Of a DNA stretch of 29,867 bases, positions 17,029 to 26,134 are shown piece after piece. A program made the translations under genes and the position numbers. The stretch lies in contig DIDD01000034.1 in NCBI GenBank assembly GCA_002417965.1, forward strand, positions 1 to 29,867, given 5' to 3'. Each line of letters opens with the position of its first letter. The first letter of the stretch is position 1. The notes beneath the pieces were generated by a model, which saw only the letters and a program-made list of their open reading frames with translations, was not told the origin of the DNA and made no database searches. The DNA is from Veillonellaceae bacterium UBA5809 (GTDB taxonomy: Bacteria > Bacillota > Negativicutes > Veillonellales > Dialisteraceae).

Positions 17029-19295
17029 AGGAAGTCCCTTATTGGCCGTGTACTGCGCTGGGATTTGCGGCAGGTATCGGATACGTGTATTCGTTTGCAG
17101 GGCAGTACAGTCTATGGGCGGCATCGGCCGCTTCCGTTGCCGCAGCTTTTTTGTGTTATCTGACTTTCCGGAATCCCCGGCTGCTTCCTCTGTTCTGTGT
17201 GTGTGCTTTCACCGCAGCAGGCATATTGAGAATGAATGGAGAATTCTCTGTATGGCAGGCACAGTCACATTATCTGATAGGACATACCGGGCGTTATGAG
17301 GTTATTATAAAAGAAGAAGGACAAAAATTAAAAGAAGACGGCATCCGCTATAAAGCCGCTCTTGAAACAGTGAATTTTCCGGAAGGAGAAACCCGGAAAA
17401 TTCAAGGAACGGTTATGTTATATCTTCCCACTCAGCGGGCTGAGTTTCTGCCTGGGAGCCGTTTGTCTGTCCACGGAAAAATCGAATCTATCCGGTTTTA
17501 TGGAAATCCGGGGAAAATTAATTTAGCAGGACGTTATGAGGGAGAGAGAATACTTGGGAAAATTTTTATTGAGGATATCTCACATATTGCCTATTGGGGA
17601 CTTTCAAATCAATATCAAATAGACCGATGGTCACTTCAATGCAGAAAGCAGGTGGAAAAGAGTTTTTCCTTGTATATGGATCGAATCAGGCTTCCTGTTT
17701 TGATGACACTTATTTTTGGCGGATCCTATTCTGATATTCCTGACTCTGTTTTATCCGATTTTTCAGTAACGGGAATGATTCATATTTTATCCGTATCGGG
17801 ATCGCATATTTCACTTTTATTCAGCTTTATGTTTTTTATAGGCAGAATTCTTGGACTTCCCAGAAATGGGTCTGTTTTTGTGGCATCAGGACTGATTCTT
17901 GCATATGGATTTCTGGCTGGTATGGTTCCGCCGGTTTTTCGTGCTGTGATTATGGGACTTTTTACAGCAGGAGGAATATTCTTTAAAAGAGAAGGGCGGG
18001 CATTGGATTTTCTGGGAGCGGCAGTTTTTATTATGCTGCTGTGGAATCCTTTATATCTTTTTGACATTAGTTTTCAATTATCGGCAGGCGCTTCTGCGGG
18101 AATTCTCTTATGGGCAAGACGATGGTCCTTATGGCTGAAACAATATGCGGCTATGCCGTCCGGAATAGCTGATGGAATGGCCGTGACAGCGGCCTCCCAG
18201 ATTTTGACAGTTCCTTTTGTTTTATGGAATTTCCACGGTATGCCCCTTTATACAGTTATTGCCAATATGGCGGCAGGAGCTTTGCTGGAGATGTCAATCA
18301 TTGTGGGACTTTTGGCAGCGGCTGTTTCTTCGGTTTCTGTATCTCTGGCAGGCGGCCTGGTACAGTGTATTGACTATCTGATTTATTTTTCTTTATGGCT
18401 CATTCATGCTATAGGACAATGGCCTTATGCACGCATCCATACAGGAGGAATCAGTTTTTCGGGGGCGGTCTCCTATTATGCAGTGCTGGGCACGCTTCTC
18501 TTTGCTTTTAAAGAAGAGAACCAATTTTGGCGTGGAACCACTTTTTTTATATGGGGAACAGTGCTTGCAAAAGTACTGTTTTCTTTTTTTGAGTCAAGTT
18601 CATATATCGTGCTTATTCCGGACTTGGGGCAGGCTCGTGCAGTTGTGCTTCTAACAGACCGGGCCTGCGCTGTGTATTATAAAAATGGACAGGCAAAGAT
18701 AGATTTCGGGAAAAAAGAGCTGCAGTCTTTTTTGGAATATTATGGTATTTTTTCTATTGATTTCTTGTTTGTAGAACTGCAGAATGAACGGGATCCGCTG
18801 CCCTTTTCTCTGTCTATGCCGATTCAGTATGCTGGATTCAGCAGTAGCCGATATCCGTTCCTTTGTGCTACACTATTAAACAGCACACCGGTGCGTACAG
18901 GAGTCGTCACATCGGGACAGTCTGTTATGCTGGGAGATTTAAAGGGCTTTTATGATCATGGGCATTGGTTGTTTTCAGTAAAAAACGCAGGGGTTTTTAT
19001 AGACGGAGGCAGAGGAAATTTGGATAATTTTTCTTTGCCCTCCAATCAGAGAAAACTTCTTTGGATAGGCGGAACTCCTGAAGAAGGAGGTACTCTGGAT
19101 GAAGAGAAAATCCGTGCTATTGATCCGGATTATGCAGTTTATACAGGAAGCAATGGGGTTTTGGCAGGCGAAAACAAGGAACTGTTTATACTGATGGGCA
19201 GAAAAGTATATAACCCGGCGGAAACAGGGGCGGTTTCTGCGGTGTGGAATGGAAAATCATGGCATATTTCCTCTGCCGGTATCTATGGAAAGTGA
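17025..19295 (+). CDS. comEC: ComEC/Rec2 DNA uptake channel with degenerate C-terminal metallo-beta-lactamase-like domain
   Basis: TGMIHILSVSGSHIS, PPVFRAVIM, LWNPLYLFDISFQLS, ANM; many TM segments. ATGA overlap with comEA. Confidence 0.9.
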   Translation: MKEVPYWPCTALGFAAGIGYVYSFAGQYSLWAASAASVAAAFLCYLTFRNPRLLPLFCVCAFTAAGILRMNGEFSVWQAQSHYLIGHTGRYEVIIKEEGQKLKEDGIRYKAALETVNFPEGETRKIQGTVMLYLPTQRAEFLPGSRLSVHGKIESIRFYGNPGKINLAGRYEGERILGKIFIEDISHIAYWGLSNQYQIDRWSLQCRKQVEKSFSLYMDRIRLPVLMTLIFGGSYSDIPDSVLSDFSVTGMIHILSVSGSHISLLFSFMFFIGRILGLPRNGSVFVASGLILAYGFLAGMVPPVFRAVIMGLFTAGGIFFKREGRALDFLGAAVFIMLLWNPLYLFDISFQLSAGASAGILLWARRWSLWLKQYAAMPSGIADGMAVTAASQILTVPFVLWNFHGMPLYTVIANMAAGALLEMSIIVGLLAAAVSSVSVSLAGGLVQCIDYLIYFSLWLIHAIGQWPYARIHTGGISFSGAVSYYAVLGTLLFAFKEENQFWRGTTFFIWGTVLAKVLFSFFESSSYIVLIPDLGQARAVVLLTDRACAVYYKNGQAKIDFGKKELQSFLEYYGIFSIDFLFVELQNERDPLPFSLSMPIQYAGFSSSRYPFLCATLLNSTPVRTGVVTSGQSVMLGDLKGFYDHGHWLFSVKNAGVFIDGGRGNLDNFSLPSNQRKLLWIGGTPEEGGTLDEEKIRAIDPDYAVYTGSNGVLAGENKELFILMGRKVYNPAETGAVSAVWNGKSWHISSAGIYGK

Positions 19296-19305
19296 CAGGT
19301 TACTG

Positions 19306-20298
19306 ATGATGGAGAAGAAAAATAATTGCTGGCTGCTTTTTGGCAATGATTCTGTTTTAATTCATGAGAAAAGGCAGCGGTTTATAGAAAAATATTTTGG
19401 GGCTTTGTGTCCGGATCCGGTTGTTTTTGACGGAACAGGGACTTACGCCGACTGGATGGAGCAGATCCGGGGGCAGTCTTTATTTTCAGAGGCATCAGCG
19501 GTTTTTCTTAATAATCCTTCTTTTTTTATGCATGGCGTACAGGATGAAGAAGGCTTCGCAGACTTTATAAAGACATTGCAGGAGGCACCTTCTTCTGTCG
19601 CTATAGTGATTTCATATGAAGGAATCCCGGATCGGAGGATGAAGGCAGCCAAGACTCTTTTTCAAATCTGCTCCAGTATGGAATGTTCTTTTTTGAAGCT
19701 GGGATCGGCAGAAAGTTATCTTACAGAATGTTTTCACAGAAGGCGGGTTCTGGTTACAGAAGAAGCCCGTCTCTATTTATCCGATGTCATTACCGGGTGG
19801 GCCCATATATCCATTCCGTTTTTGGAAACGGAATGTGATAAAATTGCCCTTATGGCACGGGGAGGCATTGTCTCAAAGGAAATCATGGAGAATGCTCTTC
19901 CTTCTTATATGGATAAGGGGGTGTTCCGATTTTTTGACCATTTGCTGGAGAGGAATCTCAGTGCTGTTAAAATGGATATACCCGGAATATTTACGGATGA
20001 GTCAGCTTCGCTGATGACCCTCGGATTTTTGTCATCACGGCTGCGGAGAATTAAGATTTTCCATGAAATGAAGCGCTCGGGGTCTTCTGATGCCCACATA
20101 CAAAAAATACTTGGAATCCGTACCAGGTGGTCATGGAATGAGCTTCTGAAGCAGACAAAGTGTATTTCAGAAGAAGAGGCTGAATTTTTGTTGATGGCTT
20201 TATTTCAGTATCAATATGCAGCCAGATTGGAAGGAGCGGATTCCCATATGCTGACAGATATATTGTTTCGTTTCTGCAGAAGGGGAGGAATTTCGTGA
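19306..20298 (+). CDS. holA: DNA polymerase III subunit delta
   Basis: comEC-holA gene order; WLLFGND, QSLFSE, ETECDKIAL, VFRFFD; length and helical C-terminus fit. Start uncertain (19306 or 19309). Confidence 0.8.
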   Translation: MMEKKNNCWLLFGNDSVLIHEKRQRFIEKYFGALCPDPVVFDGTGTYADWMEQIRGQSLFSEASAVFLNNPSFFMHGVQDEEGFADFIKTLQEAPSSVAIVISYEGIPDRRMKAAKTLFQICSSMECSFLKLGSAESYLTECFHRRRVLVTEEARLYLSDVITGWAHISIPFLETECDKIALMARGGIVSKEIMENALPSYMDKGVFRFFDHLLERNLSAVKMDIPGIFTDESASLMTLGFLSSRLRRIKIFHEMKRSGSSDAHIQKILGIRTRWSWNELLKQTKCISEEEAEFLLMALFQYQYAARLEGADSHMLTDILFRFCRRGGIS

Positions 20299-21665
20299 AT
20301 TTTAAGATATGGATAGCTGCTGCTGCTTTTCTGGGACTTGGAGCGGCGCCTTTCTTGTGGAGTCCGCCTGGAACCGTTATTTACGGTATGACAGCAGATC
20401 AAATTCCCATAGGCGGTATGACGAGAGATGACTTAAAAGAAATGATTGCTGAACAAAATACACGCATTTCCCAAGAGAGTCTGACTGTTTTCCATGGAGA
20501 TGTCAAGGAAACCTGGAGTTATCGTGAATTGAACGTTCATCTCGAAACGGAGAAGCTTGTGCAGCAGATCATGGGAGAAGGACAGAATAATCATTGGCTT
20601 TCTGATTGGTGGGACCGGTGGACAGCGCTGGTGGGGCACCGTGACATTTCACTCCCTGTACAGTGGGATGATGAGAAGCTGCATACGCGGATCAGCAGGA
20701 TGGAGACAAAGTACAGTCAGGAAGCCGATGACGGGCAAGTAGAGTTTCAGCAGGATGGAAGTGTATCTTTTTCCGGGGGCCGTCCTTATTTAAAAATTTC
20801 AACAGATGAATTATATGACAGGGCTGTCCGGCAAATACGTACAGAAACGGGAGGATCTGTAGAAATACCCGTTGCAGAAGAAGTGCAGCCTGCGTTGCAT
20901 GGAGAAGTGCGCCGGCAGATTAATGCTGTGCTGGCTTCTTACACGACAGAATTTCCGCTGGACCATAACAGAAATGAAAATATCCGTCTGGCGGCTTCCC
21001 GCATTTCCAGGCGTATTGTTCTTCCGGGAGAAAGTTTTTCATTTAATTCGGCCACGGGTCTGAGAACTAAAGAGGCCGGATATCTTGAGGCGCCTGTTTT
21101 TATGAATGGGAAACTGGTGCCTGATGCAGGGGGCGGAGTCTGCCAGGTAAGCAGTACTCTGTTTAATGCGGTTTTGGAAGCAGGGCTGGAGATCGAGGAG
21201 AGGACCTGTCACTTCGCTCCTGTGGGATATGTAGCGGCGGGAAGAGATGCTACTGTAGCAGATCATTACATTGATTTTGTTTTTAGAAATCAACTGGCCC
21301 GCCCTGTTTATATTTATGCCATCTACGGTCCGGGGGCCATACAAGTTTATATCCTTGGGAACCGGGAGGATATACCGGATCATGTTGATATTGTACAGAC
21401 CCGTTTTACTGTCAATCCCCACCGGACGGTCTACCATTCGGATCCGTCCCAAAAAGAAGGAAAATTTACAGAATATGGACATGATGGATATGATGTAATG
21501 ATACGCAGGGATATTATAAAAAAAGGGGTAAAGAAGACGGATGAATTCCAATCTGTTTATGATCCGGTAGATACGGTGATTTCTCTTAAAGATCCGGAGG
21601 AAGCCCGGAAAATGGAGAAGTTACAAGGAGAAAAGGCAGCTGATAAGGAGAGTTCTGGCGTATGA
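20295..21665 (+). CDS. VanW-family (YoaR-like) exported protein with peptidoglycan-binding region
   Basis: N-terminal signal/TM; NRNENIRLAA, VLPGESFSFN, GGGVCQVSSTLFNAVL, GRDATV, DFVFRN motifs of the VanW domain. Confidence 0.88.
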   Translation: MNFKIWIAAAAFLGLGAAPFLWSPPGTVIYGMTADQIPIGGMTRDDLKEMIAEQNTRISQESLTVFHGDVKETWSYRELNVHLETEKLVQQIMGEGQNNHWLSDWWDRWTALVGHRDISLPVQWDDEKLHTRISRMETKYSQEADDGQVEFQQDGSVSFSGGRPYLKISTDELYDRAVRQIRTETGGSVEIPVAEEVQPALHGEVRRQINAVLASYTTEFPLDHNRNENIRLAASRISRRIVLPGESFSFNSATGLRTKEAGYLEAPVFMNGKLVPDAGGGVCQVSSTLFNAVLEAGLEIEERTCHFAPVGYVAAGRDATVADHYIDFVFRNQLARPVYIYAIYGPGAIQVYILGNREDIPDHVDIVQTRFTVNPHRTVYHSDPSQKEGKFTEYGHDGYDVMIRRDIIKKGVKKTDEFQSVYDPVDTVISLKDPEEARKMEKLQGEKAADKESSGV

Positions 21666-24600
21666 AAAAATACAGGCTTCAGCCTAAAAATCATGAAAAG
21701 CCTATTTTAACATTGGAAGTAGATACTGAAAACAGGGACTGGTATATTGACACGGATGACATGGAAGGGGCTGTGCAGGCACTGAAAAATTTTTCATCGG
21801 ACTGTGCCCATGTTCATGCATTTTTTATTAACGGGAAAGACTGTACGGAAGATGTCCGTATGATTTCTGCCTGCAGAGTGTGCGCCGGAACTGTGCAAAT
21901 ACCGGGCATACCCACATTGGACAGTGTGCTTCCTGCAGGCGCTTTTACACCTCCTGCGGGAAAGAACGGGACGGGAAAATTTGACGGGCTGTTTTTGGGG
22001 CGGCGCCATATCAGCGGATCACCGGTTCCTATTCAGGGATTGACGCAGGAAACTGACGGTGCGGTTATTCAGGGGACAGTGGTTGAATATGATTTAAAGG
22101 ATCTTCGGGATAATAAAAAGCTGTGTATATTAAAGATTGCTGATGAAACAAACGGAATGCTTTGTAAGAGATTTTTTGACAAAGGGGATGATGCGCTTTC
22201 TCTTGAAGAATATCTTAAACCGGGAATGACGGTCAAACTGCGGGGAAATGTGCGTATAGACAAGTTTTCAGGAGATTTTGCACTGCAGATTTCTCAGATG
22301 GAACAGGTGCAGAATATAGTATGTGTTGACCATGAGGAGCATAGTGTCACACCGAGGGTGGAACTCCATCTCCATACAAAGATGAGTCTGGATGGGCTGA
22401 TCGACTTGGAACGGATTATTAAGACAATTGCGCGGTGGAAACATCCGGCTGTGGCCATTACAGATCATGGAGTGATACAGGCTTTTCCAAAAATTCAGGA
22501 TCTGGCTAAAAAATACGGGGTCAAAGTTATTTATGGGATGGAAGGGTATATGATAGAAAAAATCCCTGATGATATTGATGCCGACCGTCAGAGATATGAT
22601 CATATTATTATTCTGGCCCGTAATATGACAGGGCTGCGCAATTTATACCGTATGGTTACATTGTCCCATTTAAAATTTTATAAAAAAAGACCGCTCATCC
22701 CTAAACCCGTACTGAAAGAATTCAGAGAAGGACTTATATATGGATCAGCTTGTGTCATGGGAGAGTTTTTCCGCGCTGTTCTGGCAGGGAAGAGTGATGA
22801 AGAACTGGTCAAAACCGCTTCTTTTTATGATTATCTGGAAGTACAGCCTTTGTGCAACAATGCTTTTCTTATTAATGATGATAAGTATGGGGATATTACA
22901 TCCATGGAAGATCTCAAGCGTTTGAACCGGAAGGTTATTGAGATCGGTGAAAAATCAGGCAGGCCTGTATGTGCAACCAGCGATGCTCATTTCCTATTTC
23001 AGGAGGAGCAGATATACCGGGATATTCTTCTTGCCAAATGGGACAAGCCGGGAAAGGAGGAATCACATCCTCCGGTATATATACGCACCACACAGGAAAT
23101 GATGGACGAATTCAATTATCTGCCAAAGGAAAAAGCAAAGGAAATTGTGATAGAGAACACAAGGAAAATTGCAGCATCCTGCGATGTCCTTGAACCGCTG
23201 GCTGATGAAAGCAAATCTTACAATCCAAAGATATCCGGTGCTGATGAAGCGCTGATTCATATGTGCTATGACCGGGCGTATTCAATTTATGGGAATCCTC
23301 TTCCGGAATTGGTGAAAGAGCGGCTGGAATCTGAACTGCGGCCTATTACAAAACACGGATTCGGTGTTTTGTATTATATTGCCCATAAATTGGTCAAGCA
23401 TTCAAATGACAGAGGATATCTGGTGGGATCCCGTGGATCCGTCGGTTCTTCCTTTGTGGCTACGATGGCAGGAATTACAGAAGTGAATCCGCTTCCGCCG
23501 CATTATGTATGTCCTCATTGTCACTGGTCGCATTTTTTTACGGATGGATCAGTAGGAGGCGGTTTTGACCTCCCGGATAAAAAATGCCCTCAGTGTGGGG
23601 CAGATCTCCATAAAGACGGGCATGATATTCCGTTTGCTGTATTCCTGGGGTTTGACGGAGATAAAGTGCCTGATATTGATTTGAATTTTTCGTCCGGCGA
23701 TGATCAGGCGGTAGCCCATAAATATACAGAGGAACTTTTTGGAAGAGATAATGTATTCCGGGCAGGCACTATTACAGGCATACAGGATAAAACAGCTTTT
23801 GGATATGTGCGTAAATATGCTGAACTGCGCGGCCTGAACTGCAATGATATTTTTATGGAAAAACTGTCTTCCGGGATTACCGGGGTCAAGAGCACTACCG
23901 GTCAGCATCCGGCAGGAATCATGGTATGCCCCCGTGATATGGATATTCATGAATTTACACCTCTTCAGTATTCGGCCAATAAAAAAGCATCAGGAACAAT
24001 TACTACCCATTTTGACTATCACTCCATTTCAGGACGTATGCTTAAGCTTGATATTCTGGGCCATGATGATCCCCGTGTCATCAGAATGCTTCAGGACCTG
24101 ACAGGAGTGGATCCGCTGAAAATTCCCTTCAATGACAGGCGAACACAGTCATTGTTCAGTTCTCCGGATGAACTTGGAATCACGGCGGATCAATTGGGAA
24201 GCATTATCGGAACAAGGGGGAATACCGTGGGGTCTATTGGGCTTCCTGAGTATGGAACGTTATTTGTGCGTAAAATGCTGGAAGATACAAAACCTAAAAA
24301 TTTCTCGGAACTGGTACGTATATCAGGATTTTCCCATGGGACAAATGTATGGGTAAATAATGCCCAGGATCTGATCAAAAATGGAACGGTCAAACTGGAA
24401 GAGGCCATTTCCACACGGGATGATGTCATGAATTATCTGATTGCCCACGGCGTGAAGCCAATTACGTCATTTAAAGTCATGGAAAATGTCAGGAAGGGGA
24501 AGGGACTTGAAAAGGCTGATAAAAAGGGAAATATGTCTAACAATAAAAAAGAACTGGAAGAGGTGCATGTACCTCAATGGTTCATTGATTCCTGTGAAAA

Positions 24601-25144
24601 GATTTCCTACCTGTTTCCCCGCGCCCATGCGGTTGCTTATGTTATGATGGCTTTCCGCATTGCATGGTTTAAGGTTTATTATCCATTGGCATTTTATGCA
24701 GCCTATTTTACAATTCGGGCGGTGGGAGCTTTTAATGCAGGGGTGATTCTCCGCGGATTGGATTCACAAAAATCGGAATTGAAAAGGATAGCAGGAATGG
24801 ATTCTCCTACGGCAGTTGATAAGGATACAGCCGTAGTGATTGAAGTGGCTGCAGAAATGTATTTGAGGGGATTTTCTTTTTTACCCGTGGATCTCAGTCA
24901 TTCTGATGCTTCTCAATTTCAAATCGTAGGACAGCAGCTCCTTCCGCCTTTTAACTGTATTCCGGCGCTGGGCGAGCAGGCAGCACTTGATATTATCCAG
25001 GCGCGCAATGAGGCTCCGTTTACTTCAAAAGAGGATTTGAGAAAGAGAGGGAAGGTCAGTCAGGCTGTTATCGACACAATGGATTCGATGGGGATTCTTA
25101 GAGGGCTTCCCGATGAAGAACAGCTGAATCTTTTTGCTTTGTAA
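21662..25144 (+). CDS. polC: DNA polymerase III PolC-type alpha subunit lacking the exonuclease insertion, 1160 aa
   Basis: OB fold; PHP motifs ELHLHTKMS, AITDHG, YGMEG, SDAH; GSRGSVGSS; Zn finger CPHC...CPQC; catalytic PDIDLNF and KLDILGHDDP; YLFPRAHAVAYV. Confidence 0.97.
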   Translation: MKKYRLQPKNHEKPILTLEVDTENRDWYIDTDDMEGAVQALKNFSSDCAHVHAFFINGKDCTEDVRMISACRVCAGTVQIPGIPTLDSVLPAGAFTPPAGKNGTGKFDGLFLGRRHISGSPVPIQGLTQETDGAVIQGTVVEYDLKDLRDNKKLCILKIADETNGMLCKRFFDKGDDALSLEEYLKPGMTVKLRGNVRIDKFSGDFALQISQMEQVQNIVCVDHEEHSVTPRVELHLHTKMSLDGLIDLERIIKTIARWKHPAVAITDHGVIQAFPKIQDLAKKYGVKVIYGMEGYMIEKIPDDIDADRQRYDHIIILARNMTGLRNLYRMVTLSHLKFYKKRPLIPKPVLKEFREGLIYGSACVMGEFFRAVLAGKSDEELVKTASFYDYLEVQPLCNNAFLINDDKYGDITSMEDLKRLNRKVIEIGEKSGRPVCATSDAHFLFQEEQIYRDILLAKWDKPGKEESHPPVYIRTTQEMMDEFNYLPKEKAKEIVIENTRKIAASCDVLEPLADESKSYNPKISGADEALIHMCYDRAYSIYGNPLPELVKERLESELRPITKHGFGVLYYIAHKLVKHSNDRGYLVGSRGSVGSSFVATMAGITEVNPLPPHYVCPHCHWSHFFTDGSVGGGFDLPDKKCPQCGADLHKDGHDIPFAVFLGFDGDKVPDIDLNFSSGDDQAVAHKYTEELFGRDNVFRAGTITGIQDKTAFGYVRKYAELRGLNCNDIFMEKLSSGITGVKSTTGQHPAGIMVCPRDMDIHEFTPLQYSANKKASGTITTHFDYHSISGRMLKLDILGHDDPRVIRMLQDLTGVDPLKIPFNDRRTQSLFSSPDELGITADQLGSIIGTRGNTVGSIGLPEYGTLFVRKMLEDTKPKNFSELVRISGFSHGTNVWVNNAQDLIKNGTVKLEEAISTRDDVMNYLIAHGVKPITSFKVMENVRKGKGLEKADKKGNMSNNKKELEEVHVPQWFIDSCEKISYLFPRAHAVAYVMMAFRIAWFKVYYPLAFYAAYFTIRAVGAFNAGVILRGLDSQKSELKRIAGMDSPTAVDKDTAVVIEVAAEMYLRGFSFLPVDLSHSDASQFQIVGQQLLPPFNCIPALGEQAALDIIQARNEAPFTSKEDLRKRGKVSQAVIDTMDSMGILRGLPDEEQLNLFAL

Positions 25145-25184
25145 AAAACTCAGATCAGTCCATGGGCTGATCTGAGCTTTTTTT
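25143..25184. terminator. Bidirectional intrinsic terminator between convergent polC and queG
   Basis: A-run 25143-25148, stem CTCAGATCAG/CTGATCTGAG (25149-25158/25167-25176), T-run 25178-25184. Overlaps the last codons and stop of queG. Confidence 0.8.
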
Positions 25185-26081
25185 ATCTTTCTGCGTTTGA
25201 AGGTCTAAATTTCTAAGAAGTATATTTTTGCCTCTCCAGGAAAATGGATAATTGCCAAATTTTATCCGAAAATTTTTATTGGATAATAATTCAAAATCCT
25301 GCCGTGCAAGATTTTGAATTCGGCCGTTTTTGTATTCAGGAAGGGGTGAAGGGGCGGCCGATTGATTCCATGGGCATACCTGCTGACAGACATCACATCC
25401 AAAAATTAACGGAGTGCGTTGGATGATGCCGGTCTCTGCCTCGCTCAAGATGCCTTTTTTCTGTGTCAGCCAGGATTTGCATTTCGTAAACTGCATGGGC
25501 CCACCGTCTTTGAGAGCTTGTCCGGGGCAGGCCTTGAGGCAGGCGCTGCAGTTTCCGCATTGTTGGGAGACAGGATGATCCGGAGGGAGGTCCAATGTAG
25601 TCAGCAGGGTTCCTATAGTAATCCAGGAACCATATTTAGAATTAATCAGACAGTGGTTTTTTCCGAGAAAACCAAGCCCGGCTGCATAAGCCATCCAGCG
25701 GTCGCACAGCGGGGAGGTATCTGCTGCAGCATAAAAAGATGCAGCAGGGCACAGAGAAGACAGAAATTTTTCGAGAATGCTTAAGTAACGGCGGCTTATG
25801 ATATGATAATCAGCCAGTTGTGCATAGGCGGCTATATTTGATTTTGCTGCAGGCGGGCCATAAGGAAATAAAATAACAATGGCACAGCGGACACCCGGGA
25901 GCAGTGCTTCTGCATTCAGTCTCATATTAGTGTCGTCAGGGCATAAGGGCACCGGTCCGCTCTGCTGCAGAATATGCTTCAGATCGGGAGAGAACGGAAG
26001 CGCACAGATCCCAATGTACTCCAAAGACATGGAAGATGCTTTTTCTTTTATTTTTTGTTTTAGAAGATAAGCGGAATTCAT
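25155..26081 (-). CDS. queG: tRNA epoxyqueuosine(34) reductase (cobalamin- and Fe-S-dependent)
   Basis: DYH, DTSPLCDRWMA..AGLGFLGKN..LI...YGSW, CGNCSACLKACP and FGCDVCQQVCPWN. Confidence 0.93.
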   Translation of the reverse strand: MNSAYLLKQKIKEKASSMSLEYIGICALPFSPDLKHILQQSGPVPLCPDDTNMRLNAEALLPGVRCAIVILFPYGPPAAKSNIAAYAQLADYHIISRRYLSILEKFLSSLCPAASFYAAADTSPLCDRWMAYAAGLGFLGKNHCLINSKYGSWITIGTLLTTLDLPPDHPVSQQCGNCSACLKACPGQALKDGGPMQFTKCKSWLTQKKGILSEAETGIIQRTPLIFGCDVCQQVCPWNQSAAPSPLPEYKNGRIQNLARQDFELLSNKNFRIKFGNYPFSWRGKNILLRNLDLQTQKDKKSSDQPMD

Positions 26082-26089
26082 AGATCAAT

Positions 26090-26122
26090 AAAAGACTGGC
26101 TGCCCGGCAGCCAGTCTTTTTT
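26090..26122. terminator. Terminator-like hairpin between the zeta-family gene and queG
   Basis: Perfect 14-bp inverted repeat AAAAGACTGGCTGC/GCAGCCAGTCTTTT with 3-nt loop; T-rich tails on both strands. Confidence 0.75.
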
Positions 26123-26134
26123 CCTTTCAAAGAG

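Noticed and set aside
20295-21665. Vancomycin resistance locus
   Set aside because: VanW-domain proteins are widespread envelope proteins; no vanH/A/B/X/R/S genes are present.
4774-24429. Many minus-strand ORFs opposite the plus-strand operons (e.g. 4774..5304, 8678..9127, 9899..10336, 13246..13656, 21039..21551)
   Set aside because: They lie almost entirely opposite conserved genes, show no recognisable domains, and have the Ile/Phe/His-rich composition typical of antisense frames.
26082-26134. preQ1 riboswitch upstream of queG
   Set aside because: No preQ1-I stem/loop or A-rich 3' tail in the 53-nt gap, which is mostly the terminator-like hairpin.
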